A stretch of DNA of 64,000 bases from Antechinus flavipes. Lineage: Eukaryota. Where the stretch lies: assembly GCF_016432865.1 (NCBI RefSeq), contig NC_067401.1:11904001-11968000 (forward strand), given 5' to 3'. Position 1 is the stretch's first letter; each line of letters opens with the position of its first letter. The notes under the pieces were generated by a model. It was not told the DNA's origin and ran no database searches. It was given only the letters and a program-made list of their open reading frames with translations. Positions 1-13,068 of this stretch are shown here, piece after piece. The translations under genes and the position numbers were made by a program.

Positions 1-85
1 AAGTCCTTCCAGGCTTTTCTGAAATCAGTCTGCGTATCTTTTCTTGTAGAACAATTATATTCCATTACATACATTACAGCCATAC
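1..85 (-). mobile_element. LINE-1 3' region fragment
   Basis: 'ccaggcttttctgaaatc...tcttgtagaacaattatattccat' resembles the antisense marsupial L1 3' segment seen elsewhere in the window (e.g. ~3420-3480). Confidence 0.65.
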
Positions 86-429
86 CCGAATCGATGGTTA
101 TTCTGACAAGAATATGTTTGGCATAGGAACAATGCGGCCAACCTATCAGAACTACGCCCTCCACAGGTTAAAAAAAAAGACTATTTTAGCACAGTTTATA
201 CCCATTTGGAATGCCTGTTCTGGTTCAATGATCCAGTGATCCAGTACCAGACAGCTTTGATAATTGCCACTTTTTAGTAGATTTTAAAATCTTACACAGA
301 GAATCCACCATCATTGTCTTTTTAGAAAGGTAATACAAAATCTAGTTGATTATTCTTGCCTCCCATCTTTCTTCCAGATATATTTTACTGCACATTCGTT
401 GAAATAACAACTTCATGGGCTTTTAAATT

Positions 430-631
430 GTTATTGCTTTGCATTCCTATATTGATTGGGAGGGAGGGTTAGTCATTTTTTCAAGATTTAGTCTTTCTAG
501 ACTCAAGTTCTCATAACTTCCTCTGGTAGGGTATGAACCCTTAAGGTTTGGAATTTTTTCTTGAAAAAACTTAGCTCCATACCAAGTTCTTCCCTAAAAT
601 TTAGGGAGTTGTGACCACCAAATTCTTCACA
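430..631 (-). mobile_element. possible LTR fragment
   Basis: Right end '...aaattcttcaca' reads TGTGAAGAA on the minus strand, similar to the terminus of the LTR-like element ending at 10087. Confidence 0.3.
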
Positions 632-689
632 GTGATGCTAGCTGCCATGGCTCTTCTAAATCTCCACTGCCTTTGTGACTCTACCGTAG

Positions 690-850
690 GAGTCTTCATA
701 TTCTCTATTCATTCTTCTCGCCATCACTCACTCTCACTCTTACATTCTCACTCCTGACCTCATCATTCTACCCAAACTATCTTCTCCAAAGTCACCAATC
801 ACCTCTTCATTGCCAAATTCAGTGGCCTTTTGCTAGTCCTTATTCTCCTT
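690..850 (+). mobile_element. LINE-2 fragment
   Basis: 'ctccaaagtcaccaatcacctcttcattgccaaattcagtggcctttt' matches the typical L2 ORF2 segment. Confidence 0.75.
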
Positions 851-929
851 TCCCAGCCTGAGGCTCATCACCAATTTGGTTACAGGATGAGGAATCATGT
901 CTCAGTGACAATTTATTTAGGGGTTTGGG

Positions 930-1020
930 GGGTCATGGTTTAGTGGAAAGATCTCTGAATTTAGAAAGTGAGAAGACCTAAGGTCAAAGATCTGTTCTGC
1001 CTTTCCCTACCAAAAATCTT
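930..1020 (+). mobile_element. MIR/CORE-SINE 5' fragment
   Basis: 'ggtttagtggaaagatctctgaatttagaaagtgagaagacct' resembles the tRNA-derived MIR head. Confidence 0.5.
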
Positions 1021-1164
1021 TGAAGTATTGCAAAGAAAAGTATTATCTAATATTAAGCATTTTCACTATGTGAAATGGTATCTTTTCTCCATTGTTTTTT
1101 CTGTCTCCATGTATAGGGATCCATTTTATTTTGGTGGATATATTTTCTATCCTGACCAACTCAT

Positions 1165-1335
1165 TCATTCTTTTTTTTTTTTTTAATAATAGCCTTTTAT
1201 TTTTCTACACTCACCTTTGTAAAACCTTGTATTCCATTTTTTTCTCCATTCCTCTTTCCCCCCGCCCTCCGGTAGCAAGCAATCCAATATAGGTTAAATA
1301 TGTACATTTCTCTAAAATGTATTTCTGTATTCATG
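1165..1335 (-). mobile_element. LINE-1 3' end
   Basis: Poly-T followed by 'aataatagccttttattt...agcaagcaatccaatataggttaaatatgtac', the antisense marsupial L1 3'UTR. Confidence 0.75.
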
Positions 1336-1339
1336 GGAT

Positions 1340-1947
1340 ATGGAAAATGTTCATCCATCCAGCTAGCAGATAGGGCCTTCTTTATTCTCCAAAAAATCCT
1401 TTAAAAAACTTGAGCTCACTGGCCTTTATTTTGCATTTTTGCTTCATTATGTTCGTCCTCTGTTTTCTTAACATGAGACAAGTGTCTTACCAAGAAGTCT
1501 GCAGACTCGCTGATGAAGCCAGGAAAAGATTTTTATTCATAGAATAGGTGTCCAAAAGAATAGACACATACCTTAAAGGACCAAAGAAGCTTTTGGTACC
1601 CTGTCCTGGAACACAAGTTCCTCCCCTGATTCCCTATTAGGTGGGTATCACAAAGATTACAGCCTGTCCAGAACACTTAATTCTCCCACCTGAACTAGAG
1701 TCCTCATCCCTGATTACATCTCCCATTGGCACTGATCTTATTTGGTCCTAGTTTCCCATAACCACTTCCATGTTCTCTATCATCTAGTGTTGGCAAGTGG
1801 CTTGTTATGTACACATTCCCCTCCCCCCATACAGAAGCGACATTTTCACCCAAATTTTCTACAATCTTCCCTTTTCTTTTTATTTACACTCTGTTGCGCC
1901 TGCATTGTATTTCATCATGTCATAAAAAGATTCTAATCTTAATAACA
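1340..1947 (-). mobile_element. 3' LTR of a class I ERV
   Basis: Directly downstream of the env remnant. On the minus strand a purine-rich tract (aaaaagaaaagtgaaataa) precedes TG at 1947, and AATAAA (plus-strand tttatt at 1381 and ~1425) lies near the far end. The left boundary is uncertain. Confidence 0.55.
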
Positions 1948-1971
1948 TTATTTCACTTTTCTTTTTATAAC

Positions 1972-2565
1972 TAGGGTTCCCCTCAATCTCTATCTAGTAG
2001 AAATAGATTATTTGGTTGAGTGCTCATGGGTATTTGCTTAGTTGTTTCGATTAATCTCTGTACCAGCCCTCTTATACAAGGTATTATACATCAGCCTATC
2101 CCTGTCAATGCTCCAGCAACTACTATTAAGGAAGTTAAAACAGAAAGCCATACCTTTCTATATTCCAGACAATGACTCTAACCACCCAATCAATGAATTG
2201 TCGATCCCTGAATTTTCTCCCAGTTCTTCTGACAGGACCATCAGGCCTTGTAAAGCTTTGGTTGTGATCTCATCTGGAGCAATATTTTTAGGAATGAAGG
2301 TATAACTGCTTCCAATCATGACACATACCCCTCCTTTTTCCACTAACATGTCCAAAGCCAGTGGCATCTAACTGTCCTGCTACTTCCTTCACTGTATCTT
2401 TGGTGTAATTATCTTGATTTTATATATAGTTGGTCCAATCCATGTTTTTGTTAATAAAATTTCCCACCAAAATAGGAATTGCACAAATCCAGAGGCTACC
2501 TGATTCCTAGCCTTAAATTAGTCAGGTACTCCCCTGTGACCCCTAACCTGTCTAGATAAATTTTA
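1972..2565 (-). pseudogene. decayed ERV envelope (TM subunit), HERV-I/HERVIP10-like class I
   Basis: Minus-strand pieces translate as GVPD*FKARNQVASGF..FWW, INKNMDWTNYI, KEVAGQLDAT, LALDMLVEKGGVCVMIG...TFIPKNIAPDEITTKALQGLMVLSEELGENSGID..GWLE and LIVVAGALTGIG*CIIPCIRGLVQRLIET. These are collinear with the HERV-I-type env TM as I recall it. Stops and frameshifts are present. Confidence 0.85.
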
Positions 2566-2949
2566 TTTCTCTAGACCCAGCCTGGTCAGTGCTAGATTCA
2601 CAGGAAAAAAGTCAGGCCGTTTTTCTTCCGTCCCACTAAGTAAATGTCTTTGTTTAAGGGAGAAAATTCAGAACATAGGCAATAGCTAAATAATTTTGGA
2701 TGAAACTCTACAGAACTTTCTTATAGCATATGTTCAGCAGGACTGACAGAATTTTAACATCATTTATACTTTTTTTTTTTTTAACAAATTGCACAATATA
2801 TAATTCAGAAAACAACATAACACTTTAAATAAATTACATCTAATTAAAGGAGATACAAACATGTGACCAAGTTAGGTTGAGAGAAGTTTCCTTATATAGA
2901 AATTTTATATTTCTATTAATAATACTTCAATATTAAAAATTGATGGACA

Positions 2950-3560
2950 TATTTTTTAAATAATAGCTTTATTTTCAAAATATATGCAAAGATAGTTTTC
3001 AATACTTACCCTTGAAAAACCTTGTATTCCACATTTTTCTCCCTCTCTTCCCTCCCACTCTCTTCCCTAGACAGCAGCAAGTAATCTGCTATATATTAAG
3101 CATGTACAATTCTTCTATACATATTATCACATCATGCTGCACAAGAAAAATCGGATCAAAAAGGAATAAAAGAAAAAAAAAAGCAAGCAAACAACAAAAA
3201 AGGTGAAGATACTATGTTGTGATTTATATTCAGTCTCCATAGTTATCTCTCTGGATGCAGATGGCCCTTTCCATCCCAAGTCTATTGAAATTGGCCTAAA
3301 TCACTGCCTTGTTGAAAAGAGTCCATCGAGTTGATCATCACATAATTTTGTTGCTGTGTACCATGTTCTCTTGGGTCTACTCATTTTACTTAGCATCAGT
3401 TGATGCAAGTCTTTCCAGACCTTTTTGAAATCATCCTGCTGATCGTTTCTTGTAGAATACCAATATTCCATAACATTCATGTTTCATAACTTATTCAGCC
3501 ATTTCCCAACTGATGGGCATCCATTCAGTTTCCAGTTCCTTGCCACCACAAAAAAGGGCT
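2950..3560 (-). mobile_element. LINE-1 3' end
   Basis: Antisense marsupial L1 3'UTR/ORF2 end ('cttagcatcagttgatgcaagtctttccagacc...gatgggcatccattcagtttccag'). Confidence 0.85.
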
Positions 3561-3759
3561 TCAACTCTTTTAATCGCACATTTTGTGTCCAGATAAACAA
3601 TTAAGCTCACAATTTTAGTACTTATCAGTTAAATGTGATTCTAGTCCTATAAAAGAATTAGATTTCAGATAACAAATTTATGTTACACTTTGGGGAGAAA
3701 ACTCTTCCCTTTTGTGAATCGGGAGAAATGTTAAATATGCCAGTTTTGATTTCAAAAGG

Positions 3760-4440
3760 TGCCAGCCTCATCTGCAAAAAAATGTTTGTAATAGCCCTTT
3801 TTGTACACAGGCAAAGAATTGGAAATTAAGTGGATGCCCACCAATTGGAGAATGGCTGAATAAGTTATAGTATATCAATGTAATGGAATATATGCTATAA
3901 AAAATGATGAATGAGCTGATTTCAGATAAGCCTGCAAAAACTTACATGAACAGGTGCTAAGTGAAATGTGCAAAACCAAGTAATAAGATTATGTGACAAT
4001 CAACTGGGATGGAGTTGGCTCTTTTCAGCAATGAGGTGATTCAAGGATATTCCAATAAACTTAGAATGGAAAGCACCATCCACATCCAGAGAGAGATACA
4101 GAGACTATATGTGGATCAAAGCATAGTATTTTCACCTTTTTTTTGTTATTGTTATTGTTAGTTTGTTTTTTTGTATTTTCCCTTTTGATCTGATTTTTCT
4201 TATGCAGCATAATGAATGTGGAAATATGTTTAGCAGAATTGCAAATGTTTAACCTACATTGGATTGCTCACTGTCCTGGGGGAGAAAGGGGAGAAAGGGG
4301 AGGAAGGGAGAAAAATTTGGAACACATGATTTTGCAAAAGTAAATATTGAATTATCTTTGCATATATTTGGAAAAATAAAATACTATTAAAAATAATAAA
4401 TTAAAATGAAAAAATAAATATTTATGAAATGGTTAAAAAA
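3760..4440 (+). mobile_element. LINE-1 3' end
   Basis: Sense L1 end ('ggatgcccaccaattggagaatggctgaataagtt...') ending in an A-rich tail. Confidence 0.85.
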
Positions 4441-7400
4441 AGGTATAAGTCCTCACCCCTTGAAACTATCTGACATTTAAATCCATTTTCCTGGATCCCC
4501 TAAATTTTTAAGGTGGCAGTGAACTATTTGAGACATGAGGTGATGGCCCAGAATCTGAAAGATACAAGCTCAAAGTTTTTTCAGATAGCCCCTTAGGGCA
4601 AAAATGGCAGCAGCTCATGGCTCTCCAAGGGCTTATTTTTAAACTTTAAGGTTCTCTTTTCTCTATTTCTTCCCTTCATTCCCCTTTCCTCCCCACCAGT
4701 TAGGGATGGAGGGAAGTTGGAAAGAAAAACTCCTGCTTGGTAGCCACTGGAATCTCCCCAAACTACATGGAAGACAGTCCGCTGTTTGGGGGATTGGAGG
4801 AAAGACTGCTCAATCTCCATCTAGGGAAAACTAAAAAAAAAAAAAAATACACCCTTCTACACACATGAAGACCCCTGGGGAGGATTTTAGAATTTAGGAT
4901 CATGGGGAATGAGGAGATAAGGAGTCCTCATCTCAAGAAAAGTTGTGGGTTGGTATGCAGGGGCCTAGAACCAGTAGCTTTAGGAAAATGGCATACTTCA
5001 GAACCTTGGTTTTGTTTTCCAGGTTTTGCAAAGTCCAGTAATTTTGGAGGGAAATAAGCTGCTGCCAAGGCATGGTGGGCAGGGATCTTTCTAAGGGAGC
5101 CCTAAAGGAGGGTTTAGCTTACCTGACACTGGAGAGATGTCAGAAATACTGAAAGCCACAGGCATTAGCTGGGTCAGGTTGTTTTGTTTCTGCTTTTGCT
5201 TCATTTTTACTGCCAAATAGGAAACTTTACATATATTATTACTGAGTTCTTATTCTTTCATTTAAAAAAAAAAAGTGTTGCTTTAGTGCTTTTTAAATTA
5301 CATCATTGTGATTTCCATCCTACTTTACCCACATACCCATAAAATTGTCCCTTTTAACAGTAATACTGAGCTCAGCAAAACAGATTTATGCAGTGGCTAC
5401 ATCCAGTGGTATATTTATTATTGGGCATCTTTAGCTTTAGGGCTTTCTGATGGAAGGAAGCAGGTTCTCTCTGCATGGTGACTGGTGACCAAGTTTTCAG
5501 GACTCTCCTTGTTCTTTCCATTTACTTTGTTGTTTAACATCAAAGCATTTTAAAGCACAGCTGTTTTTCTATCATGAAGAAGGGCCAGTCCTGTCATCAG
5601 TGTGAGGAGCTCTCGGTGTAGGGAATTCAGAGGGGTCAGTGCTCAGGAAACCGAGCTGCCCCCAATGCAGTTAGATGTTCTGGTGGGTTGATCTGATCTG
5701 GGAGATCTGAGAGGTTCCCTGGCTATGTCAGTAATCACTATTAGGGGCCACACTTCAACTCAGACTTTGTTATTTTTAAGGCCTGACCTTGGGGCTATAT
5801 GGATTGTTGTTTATTAATGAAAATAACCCTTGAACTATATTCTCAGGGCCATGGGGTGTCCATCTGCATCCTTTAGCTCTCTTCCAGAATGATTTTTCCT
5901 ATTTCAGCAATCTGAAACCACTGGTGCAAGTTTCTGTTTATATCTTGCAGTTCTCTCAAAATGTTTACTTTGATTTTTAACTGTGCCCTGATTAAATTGT
6001 TGCCTCTTCCACCAGCTACTGGAGCTCCAGCTGTAGGGTTTTGTGAACACATAGTTTCAAGTCCTTTTTGGGGGGGAGAGACAGTGGGAGGGCAGAGTGG
6101 AGAGGAGACTCTTCATGTGGGGAGCAAGTGTGTGGGAGAGATGAGCTCCCCATCCACAGAAAAGGGCCTTTGTAGGCACCTAAGGGACACTTTGTAGCCA
6201 TGGCTCCTTGTGCTGATAAAACGGAGGGAATTCAGGATGATGCAGAGACAAAGGGGGTAGACAGGTTCTCATGGTGGTGGTGGTGGGAGGGTTCCATTTC
6301 TCTCCCTGCCCCTTGTCTTGTATCTCAAAGTGAGCTCTGCTGTTTCCCTTTCTTTCTCTTTCCCATGAGCTTAGAGAAGCCAGACCAGATCCTAACAGAG
6401 AAGCACTATATGCTAGTGGCCTGTGCTGATCAGGAAATGAAGTCAAGGAAAATCTAAGCAGAGAAGACCCCTCAGCCTTCTGTTGTCCGACTTGATTAGG
6501 TTTTGGTGATGGCTCTGGGTTTGGAATCTGCCATCTTCCTTTGGTTCTGGTCCCTATCTCGGCTCCCAAGACAGGATTGCCTGAAAGATACACGTGAATT
6601 GCTCAAGGTCACAGTCAGTGCGTCAGAGATAGGGTTTGAACGCAGGTCTTCCTGGTACATAGTCCGGATTCAAAGTTGGCCCTTTTCCACCATGGCATAC
6701 TGGATCGGTTCTGGTCTTTCTTGCCCCTCACTTCAGGTCTTCAGAAGCCCTCTGAATTCATCAACAAAACAGCCTGAGTTGGATAATATATGCATTTCTC
6801 CCCACCCAGGGTCCTCTACCCTCTCCTAGGAAGGGGCAGAGACCCATGGAGTGGCCCATTCCACGTGACATCCTAGATAATCTTAAAAATCCCTTCCCCA
6901 AAGCATGAGGAGCAGAATTGGTTTTCTCTGTCCCAGTCACTACTGCTATTGTAATATAAGGACCAAGTCTTTACTGCTTGTTGAGAGCCATCAACTGGCA
7001 TTAGAGTCGAGGTTTTTGTGAGTTCTTTCTCCATTGGATTTGTCTGCATCCTCAGGGTTATTATACTTGGTAACTTATGCCAGCATTTGGGATGGATTCT
7101 TGTGTGTTTGTTTAAAGATATTGCTTTTAAAGCTTCCCTTCCTGGCTTGTGCTCTGTTTACCGGGGTCTATTATACTTTGAGGGGCTGTTTCTAGAAGAT
7201 GAATTATTCTGAGAGCATTTCTCTTGGTCATCTTCCTTGAACATCAGAACCTAAAACCTGGAATACAAGGATATTATTCCTAAGAGAAGGGACATGGCAT
7301 AATTGCTGAAGTGGAGGAAATTTCTTTGGATTTTGATGTTGGAACTTGAATTCATATCAGGGCTTCGGTGCATTTGTGATCTTTCTAATGGGCCCTTTCT

Positions 7401-7699
7401 CCAGTAGCACGGATCCCCGGCTAACCATGCTGTGAATTGATTTTCTGCTAACCAGACTGCCGGTAATAAGCCTCTCCATTGCTAGCTGGACTGATCCTTG
7501 GAAAACAAATGCAGTCCATTGTCTGAACTACTGGAAGAGCTAAGCCATAGATCCATTATCCATCTTATGTTTGTGTTTAACTGGCTTAGACTTTGTGGAC
7601 TCATTAGCAATCACTTCCTCAATGTGGTTTGAGTCTAAATTGAGGCTAATTTTCCAGGTCTCTGGACTATAACTTAGGTTTTAATACCATCTCTCATGC

Positions 7700-7975
7700 T
7701 ATTCCTTTGGGCAAGATAATAGTACAGGTGAATGTAGAACTAAGTGCATGGCTAGACTCAAAAGAGAGGCTGTCAAATTATTCCTTGTCATCTTGGAAGA
7801 GTGCCACAGGCTTTATGCTGCTTAATGTTACTTTTTTAAAAATTGGTGACTTTGAGAAAGACATGGATGACATGCTGATCAAATGTGCAAGTGACACAAA
7901 AATAGGAAAGATAATTAACAAATGGCATAGCAGTCAGAAATCTCCAAAGTGAACTTGATAGGCTATAATGGTGCT
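7700..7975 (+). mobile_element. L3/CR1 reverse-transcriptase fragment
   Basis: ORF 7707-7952 contains 'DFEKDMDDMLIKCASDTKIG', a decayed form of the CR1 RT motif DLD...LIKFADDTKLG. Confidence 0.75.
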
Positions 7976-7984
7976 GAATCTAAG

Positions 7985-8500
7985 AGAATATCAAGGAGGA
8001 GTGAGTGATCAGTAGTGTTGTCAGAGGCCACAGAGAAGTCGAAAAGAATGAGGGGTGAGAAAAAGCCATTGGGTTTGACAAGTCAGATGATTAGTAACTT
8101 TGGAGAGAACATTTTTGGTGAATGATGAAGTAGGAAGGGTTAAGAAAAGAAAGAATAAGAGTGGAGACTCCTACTGTAGAATACCTTGTGTAGAAATGGA
8201 GCTACAGAGGGCAGAAGAGAAGCGGAAGATGGTTGGTAGGGATATGGGCATGGTTCTCGGCAATAGGGAAGGTGCCCAGTATACAAGGAGAGATGGAAGC
8301 TAAATGAGAAAGTAAGGATAACAAAGGGTCAATCTGTTCACTTGAGCAGTAGAGGAGTAAGTACATGTCGATTTATGAGACCAAGGTGAAGGAGGAGACA
8401 GTGGCCAAAGGCTTCTGAGGGATGGGACGGGAAGAGGAAACAAAGGATGTTCACAGCTAATGGGCTCCATTATTTTTGGTAAAAGAAGAGACGAGGTCTT
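7985..8500 (-). mobile_element. LINE-2 fragment
   Basis: 'gccattgggtttgacaag...attagtaactttggagagaac' is the reverse complement of the L2 segment seen at ~780-840. Confidence 0.7.
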
Positions 8501-8509
8501 TGCCATCTG

Positions 8510-9010
8510 TTATTTGTCCTTTGTTCTAGAAAAGGACCATGATGTCGGGGAGGTGATGCCATGGCATACTAGTGAATTGGATTTAAGGAAGTAAGGACTG
8601 GGCAAGGGCACTTTCCTCACTTTCCCCTCCAGACCTGTCTGGACCCATCCAGTGACTAGATATAGATTAGGAGGACTGGAGACCACCCTAGATGGGAGAC
8701 CTTGGCCTTTTAAAGATCAAGTCTTTAATAGGTCTCAATTTGACTGAGGTCACCCCCATTTTGTGATTAGGGCTAGGTAAAGATTGAGGCAAAAAAATCC
8801 TTTCATCTATTCCTCTCTTCCCCCCCCCCCAAAAAAAAATCTAAATAAATCAGTCTGGGAGGGGGAGACTCTCAGGATTTCTGGCCAAAACAGAAATGAA
8901 TGTTTTTTACATTCAATCTGAGTCGATCAGGATTCAAGCAATGACCAAATGGGGCTTGGCCTGGTACCTATTGGTAGTCAATCAATGAGAATCAGTGATT
9001 TTGGTTTTTC
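8510..9010. repeat. marsupial interspersed repeat (MdoRep1-like, tentative)
   Basis: 'tttgtcctttgttctagaaaaggaccatgatgtc...agtgaattggattt' resembles a common marsupial repeat head; the family name is from memory. Confidence 0.4.
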
Positions 9011-9077
9011 TGTTAATATGATCTCCCTCTTTACTTTCTGTTTATAATATTATCCCATTGTATGTTTTTATTAAGAA

Positions 9078-9080
<3 letters not shown>

Positions 9081-9122
<42 letters not shown>
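9081..9122. repeat. (TC)n microsatellite
   Basis: Seen directly. Confidence 0.95.
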
Positions 9123-9127
<5 letters not shown>

Positions 9128-9305
9128 TTTCTATTCCCAGCACCTAGCACAGTGCCTTGCATATAATAGTTGCGTAAATTTTGCTGTACTGTCAAATAGC
9201 ACCTTTCAGAAGACTTGGGAGCATCCTTGTTTTCAACAGCTGTACTATCCTTGTGATGAGGTCAGGATAGCAATAGATAGAAATAAAGGATAGAAATAAA
9301 CATGT

Positions 9306-9483
9306 AGGGGGCAGCGAGGTGGCGCAGTGGATAGAGCACAGGACCTGAGTTCAAATGTGGCCTCAGATACTTAACACTTCCTAGCTGTGTGACCCTAGGC
9401 AATTTGCTTTTAACCCCAGTTGCCTCAGCAAACCAAAAAAAAGAAAAAAGAAAAGGAAAGAAAGAAAAAAAAGAAAAAAAGAA
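9306..9483 (+). mobile_element. WSINE1-like CORE-SINE with TSD
   Basis: A-box 'ggtggcgcagtgg', B-box 'gagttcaaat', core region and A-rich tail. Flanked by the direct repeat agaaataaacat at 9292-9303 and 9484-9495. Confidence 0.85.
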
Positions 9484-9496
9484 AGAAATAAACATT

Positions 9497-10087
9497 TGAC
9501 AAAATCACAACAGTCATTCTTTTCACCAAAAGTCATATTTGTTTAATTGATGGGGTTACAGACAAAATAAAAGGTTAAAAAAAAAAAAAAAGACACCAGA
9601 AGTGGCAAATATGAAATTGGGAGAACAATTGGGTTATAAAGGAAAGGATTTTGGAAGAATCCATTAAAGGAATAGGCCATGAGGTCTAAGCATGCCGCTG
9701 ACTGGCAGGTTAGATCTATAGAGAAGTTTAGCAGACTAACCAGAGTTAGCTAGAATAAGAAGAAAGCCACCATTAAATATGAGGAGGGGGAGGAGAGTAA
9801 CCTCATAGTGACCTTAGGCCTAAAAAGAACTTAGCAAAGATCTTCATCATAACTAGATCTTTTATAGGAGAAATACCCTCTTGGGAGTTTCTCAGGACTA
9901 AGGAAGAATTTGGTAGCTTAGAGTGAGAGGTCCGGAAGGAGCCGAATGTAATAACTGATAGATCAGATCCCAGACCTGAAGATAAAAGACCTAAAAGATA
10001 AGCTAATCAATATCTCAAAGGTTGTTTAAAGATGCCCAGAGGTTGGGGCACTGGACATGGAGGCTGATAAAGAATTCCATCTTCACA
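9497..10087 (-). mobile_element. probable solo LTR
   Basis: Minus strand begins TGTGAAGATGG (10087) and ends ...TTGTCA (9497); ~590 bp, with ATTAAA near the 3' end. Confidence 0.45.
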
Positions 10088-10199
10088 ATCCCTCTATACA
10101 AACAGGATAGTTTGGGAATTGGTTATACCTGATAAAAGCCAGATGGACTTCTTCCTGTCTGGGGAAGAGAGTAAGTCCATATCATTTGACTTGTAATCA

Positions 10200-12490
10200 T
10201 TTTAAAATATGTTTGCTGATTAAATAGAGATTCAATTTATTCTCTATGTTGGTAAATTTATTAATTTCTTTGGTTATTCGGGAATTTGAGTAGTTGTTCA
10301 ATCATGTTGATGATTTGTGTTCTTTTGAGAACTCCCTGTTCTTTGGCCTTAATTTCCATTTGGAAATAGGTATTACTCTTATTAATTTGTCAGTTCCATA
10401 AATATTTCAGATGTCAGTTTTATTAAAAGTATTTCTGCCAAAGATTTTCCCCCAACTTGTTATTGATTGTGGAAAAAATTCTTTATTTTTATGCTTATCT
10501 TCATCTTACTATTATTTTATCTTGTTCATCTTACCATTTACTTGTTGAATTTAGATAAGAATTCTTCTGCAGCACTGTGATTATTTTCTTTTCATTTTAA
10601 ATTTACAGTCTCCTTCAAATTTGGTGACATTCCAATCCATTTCTTACTTATTTCTTTTTTTTTCTGAGATAATTGGGGCTAAGTGACTTGTCCAGGGTCA
10701 CACAACTAGGAAGTATTACATGTCTGAGTTCAAATCTCTGGTGCTCTATACTGCGCCACCTAGCTGCCCCATTACCTTGATGTTTTTGATTGTCTTTTTG
10801 GTTTTTTTCTTTTGCATTCATCATGAGATTTCGTTTTATCATTTGCAATTTTTAACCTTAATTTTCCTCATTCCCCTTTTTAACATTATCAGAAAAGAAT
10901 AGTCACTCTACTGGATAAATAAATTACATTCAAATTTTATCTCTGCTACTCACTAGCTAAGTGACTGAACAAGGAATTCTACAAGGATAGTAATACTTGA
11001 AGTATTAAGCTTAAGGGCTACAGGAAAAAAATCACAGGAGGTGATGTATTTAAAGCATTTGGGAAACGTGCCATATAAATGTCAGCTACTTTTCTTCACT
11101 GTTTATTTTATTTTCATAATTCCCTTTTTATCCTTTTGGTTTATTCATTTTATTTTCTAATTTTTTAGTTGCAAGCCTAACTCATTAATTTCTTCTTTTT
11201 GTTGCTTGTTAATATGAGTTCTTAGGGATATGAAGTTGTCTCTGAGTACTGCTGCCTGCATCTCATACATTTTAATGTGTTGTATTTATATTGCTACTTT
11301 ATTCATTACAATCTGTTACTGTTTCTATAATTTATTCTTTTACCTTAGCAACAAGTTATTTGTAGTTTCTGTATAGCCTTGCATCACTTGATAATATTGT
11401 CTTTATTTACTAAATGTAGTGTTTAAAATATCTGCCTTTCTGAATTTACCTCAGACTTTATCTTGGTCAATGGTCAATTTTATGAATATTCCATGTATAT
11501 TTGAAAACTATTCCTTTCTATCAATTCGGTATTCTCCATATATCTAATTTCTTTAGTACTCACATTTGTATGTCTTGGTTATCTTTATCAGACTTATCAT
11601 TTTCCTTGCATATATCAGTTACCTGATACTCTATACATTTAAGTTACATACTACTAAACGCTAGAAGTGAAATATTGTTCAGTAATCGTCAGAGGTCATC
11701 TTTTAAGTTCCTTGACCTGGAACTGTCTTTTACCTCTTTTTATCCTCAGTACTTCGCATGTTACCTAGTTCTCATAATAGATACTGATTGATTGGTTAGA
11801 AAATACATTGAGTGACTCACTTCGGTTTTATTCAAATGTTATCGTGGCAATTCCAGATTTTCTGCCTTGTTTAGAATATGGTAAAATTTAGTCCATCCTA
11901 TTTTAAATTTTATAATTTTTTTTAGATCAAGTTTCTTCTAGACAGAATGTTTGAGGAATATATTTGGGATGTGTTTTTCATCCACCTGTTAATCTTTTCC
12001 CCCCCCCCCTTTTTTTTTAAATGGAAGAATTTAGTCAATTTACATTGAAGGTTATAATTACACTTGTCCATGCCATTGTGTTTGCTAGATTATTCATTTT
12101 GTAATATTACTTCCTTTCCAAAATTTATCATCTATAAGCCAAATTCTTTTGTGTAGGGCTGCATTGCTACTCTCATTTCCTAGCTTCTCCACCGCCCCCC
12201 CCCCTAATCTTTATACCTAAAAGTAGCCATTTGAACTCTTCTCTTCACTTTCCTCATTTCTAAATGTCAAGATTTGGCTTCAAATATTTTCATCTTTCTT
12301 GGAAATTTGTTTTGCTCTCAATCTTTTATCTTGTGGTGTATCATATCTGTGCTGTTACTCACTTTAGAAGAAAAATCTGCTGAAATTCTAATAGGTTTGT
12401 TTTTCATAAGTCGTTATTTTAAATCTCTTCTTGCTACAGTCTATAAATCCATCACTTTTGTCTATTGTTTCCAAACTTATTTCTAGTTGA
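10200..12490 (-). mobile_element. old fragmented LINE-1 with nested SINEs
   Basis: T-rich stretch with antisense L1-like pieces; carries a WSINE1-like copy (~10650-10770) and a MIR-like piece (~10900-11090). Confidence 0.55.
10650..10770 (-). mobile_element. WSINE1-like SINE
   Basis: Poly-T + 'aagtgacttgtccagggtcacacaactagg' + 'gcgccacctagctgcccc'. Confidence 0.8.
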
Positions 12491-12830
12491 ATGTGTGGAG
12501 AAAGAAAGTAGGAAAAGGTTTGAGACAAGGAGACTTTGATTTGGAATCTATGCAATATAGTCCATTTAAGATGGGATGAAGTCTTGGTCTATGTTGGTGG
12601 TTCTATCAGTGGAGAGAAAGGGACAAATATGGGAGCTAATGTGAAGGCAATGACAAGATTTGGCAACAGATTAGGTATGTGGAGCTAGTAGGAGTGAGGA
12701 GCTGGGGATAATGTTGAGGTTGCGCACAGTTAGTGATCAGAAAAATGGCGATGCTCTAGGCTTAAGTTTTGAAAAGGATATATTTGTAGGGAAAGGCTGA
12801 GCTCTGTTATGGATATATTATATTGCGGTC
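12490..12830 (-). mobile_element. LINE-2 fragment
   Basis: Purine-rich antisense L2 pattern ('atgacaagatttggcaacagattaggtatgtgg'). Confidence 0.6.
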
Positions 12831-13068
12831 AGGATCCATAGTGTGATTTTCTCAGCTGGTTTATCTCCCTATTAGCAAGTAACAGACAATGTTTGCCTAA
12901 ACACATAAGAAAAAAGATGAGTTTTCTGCCTTAGATTAGAGACCTAAAGAATTGTAGACTCCTTCCCAACATAACAGGTGTTACATAGGGAAGATAAAGA
13001 GGGGAAACCAATAAAGGAACTGAATCAGGAAGCCAGTGTGACTTGCTACCTTAGGCCTGAAGTACCCA

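Noticed and set aside
5875-6052. 59-aa helical-looking minus-strand ORF (…NLIRAQLKIKVNILRELQDINRNLHQWF…)
   Set aside because: Could be a decayed processed pseudogene, but I recognise no homolog; it needs a BLASTx search.
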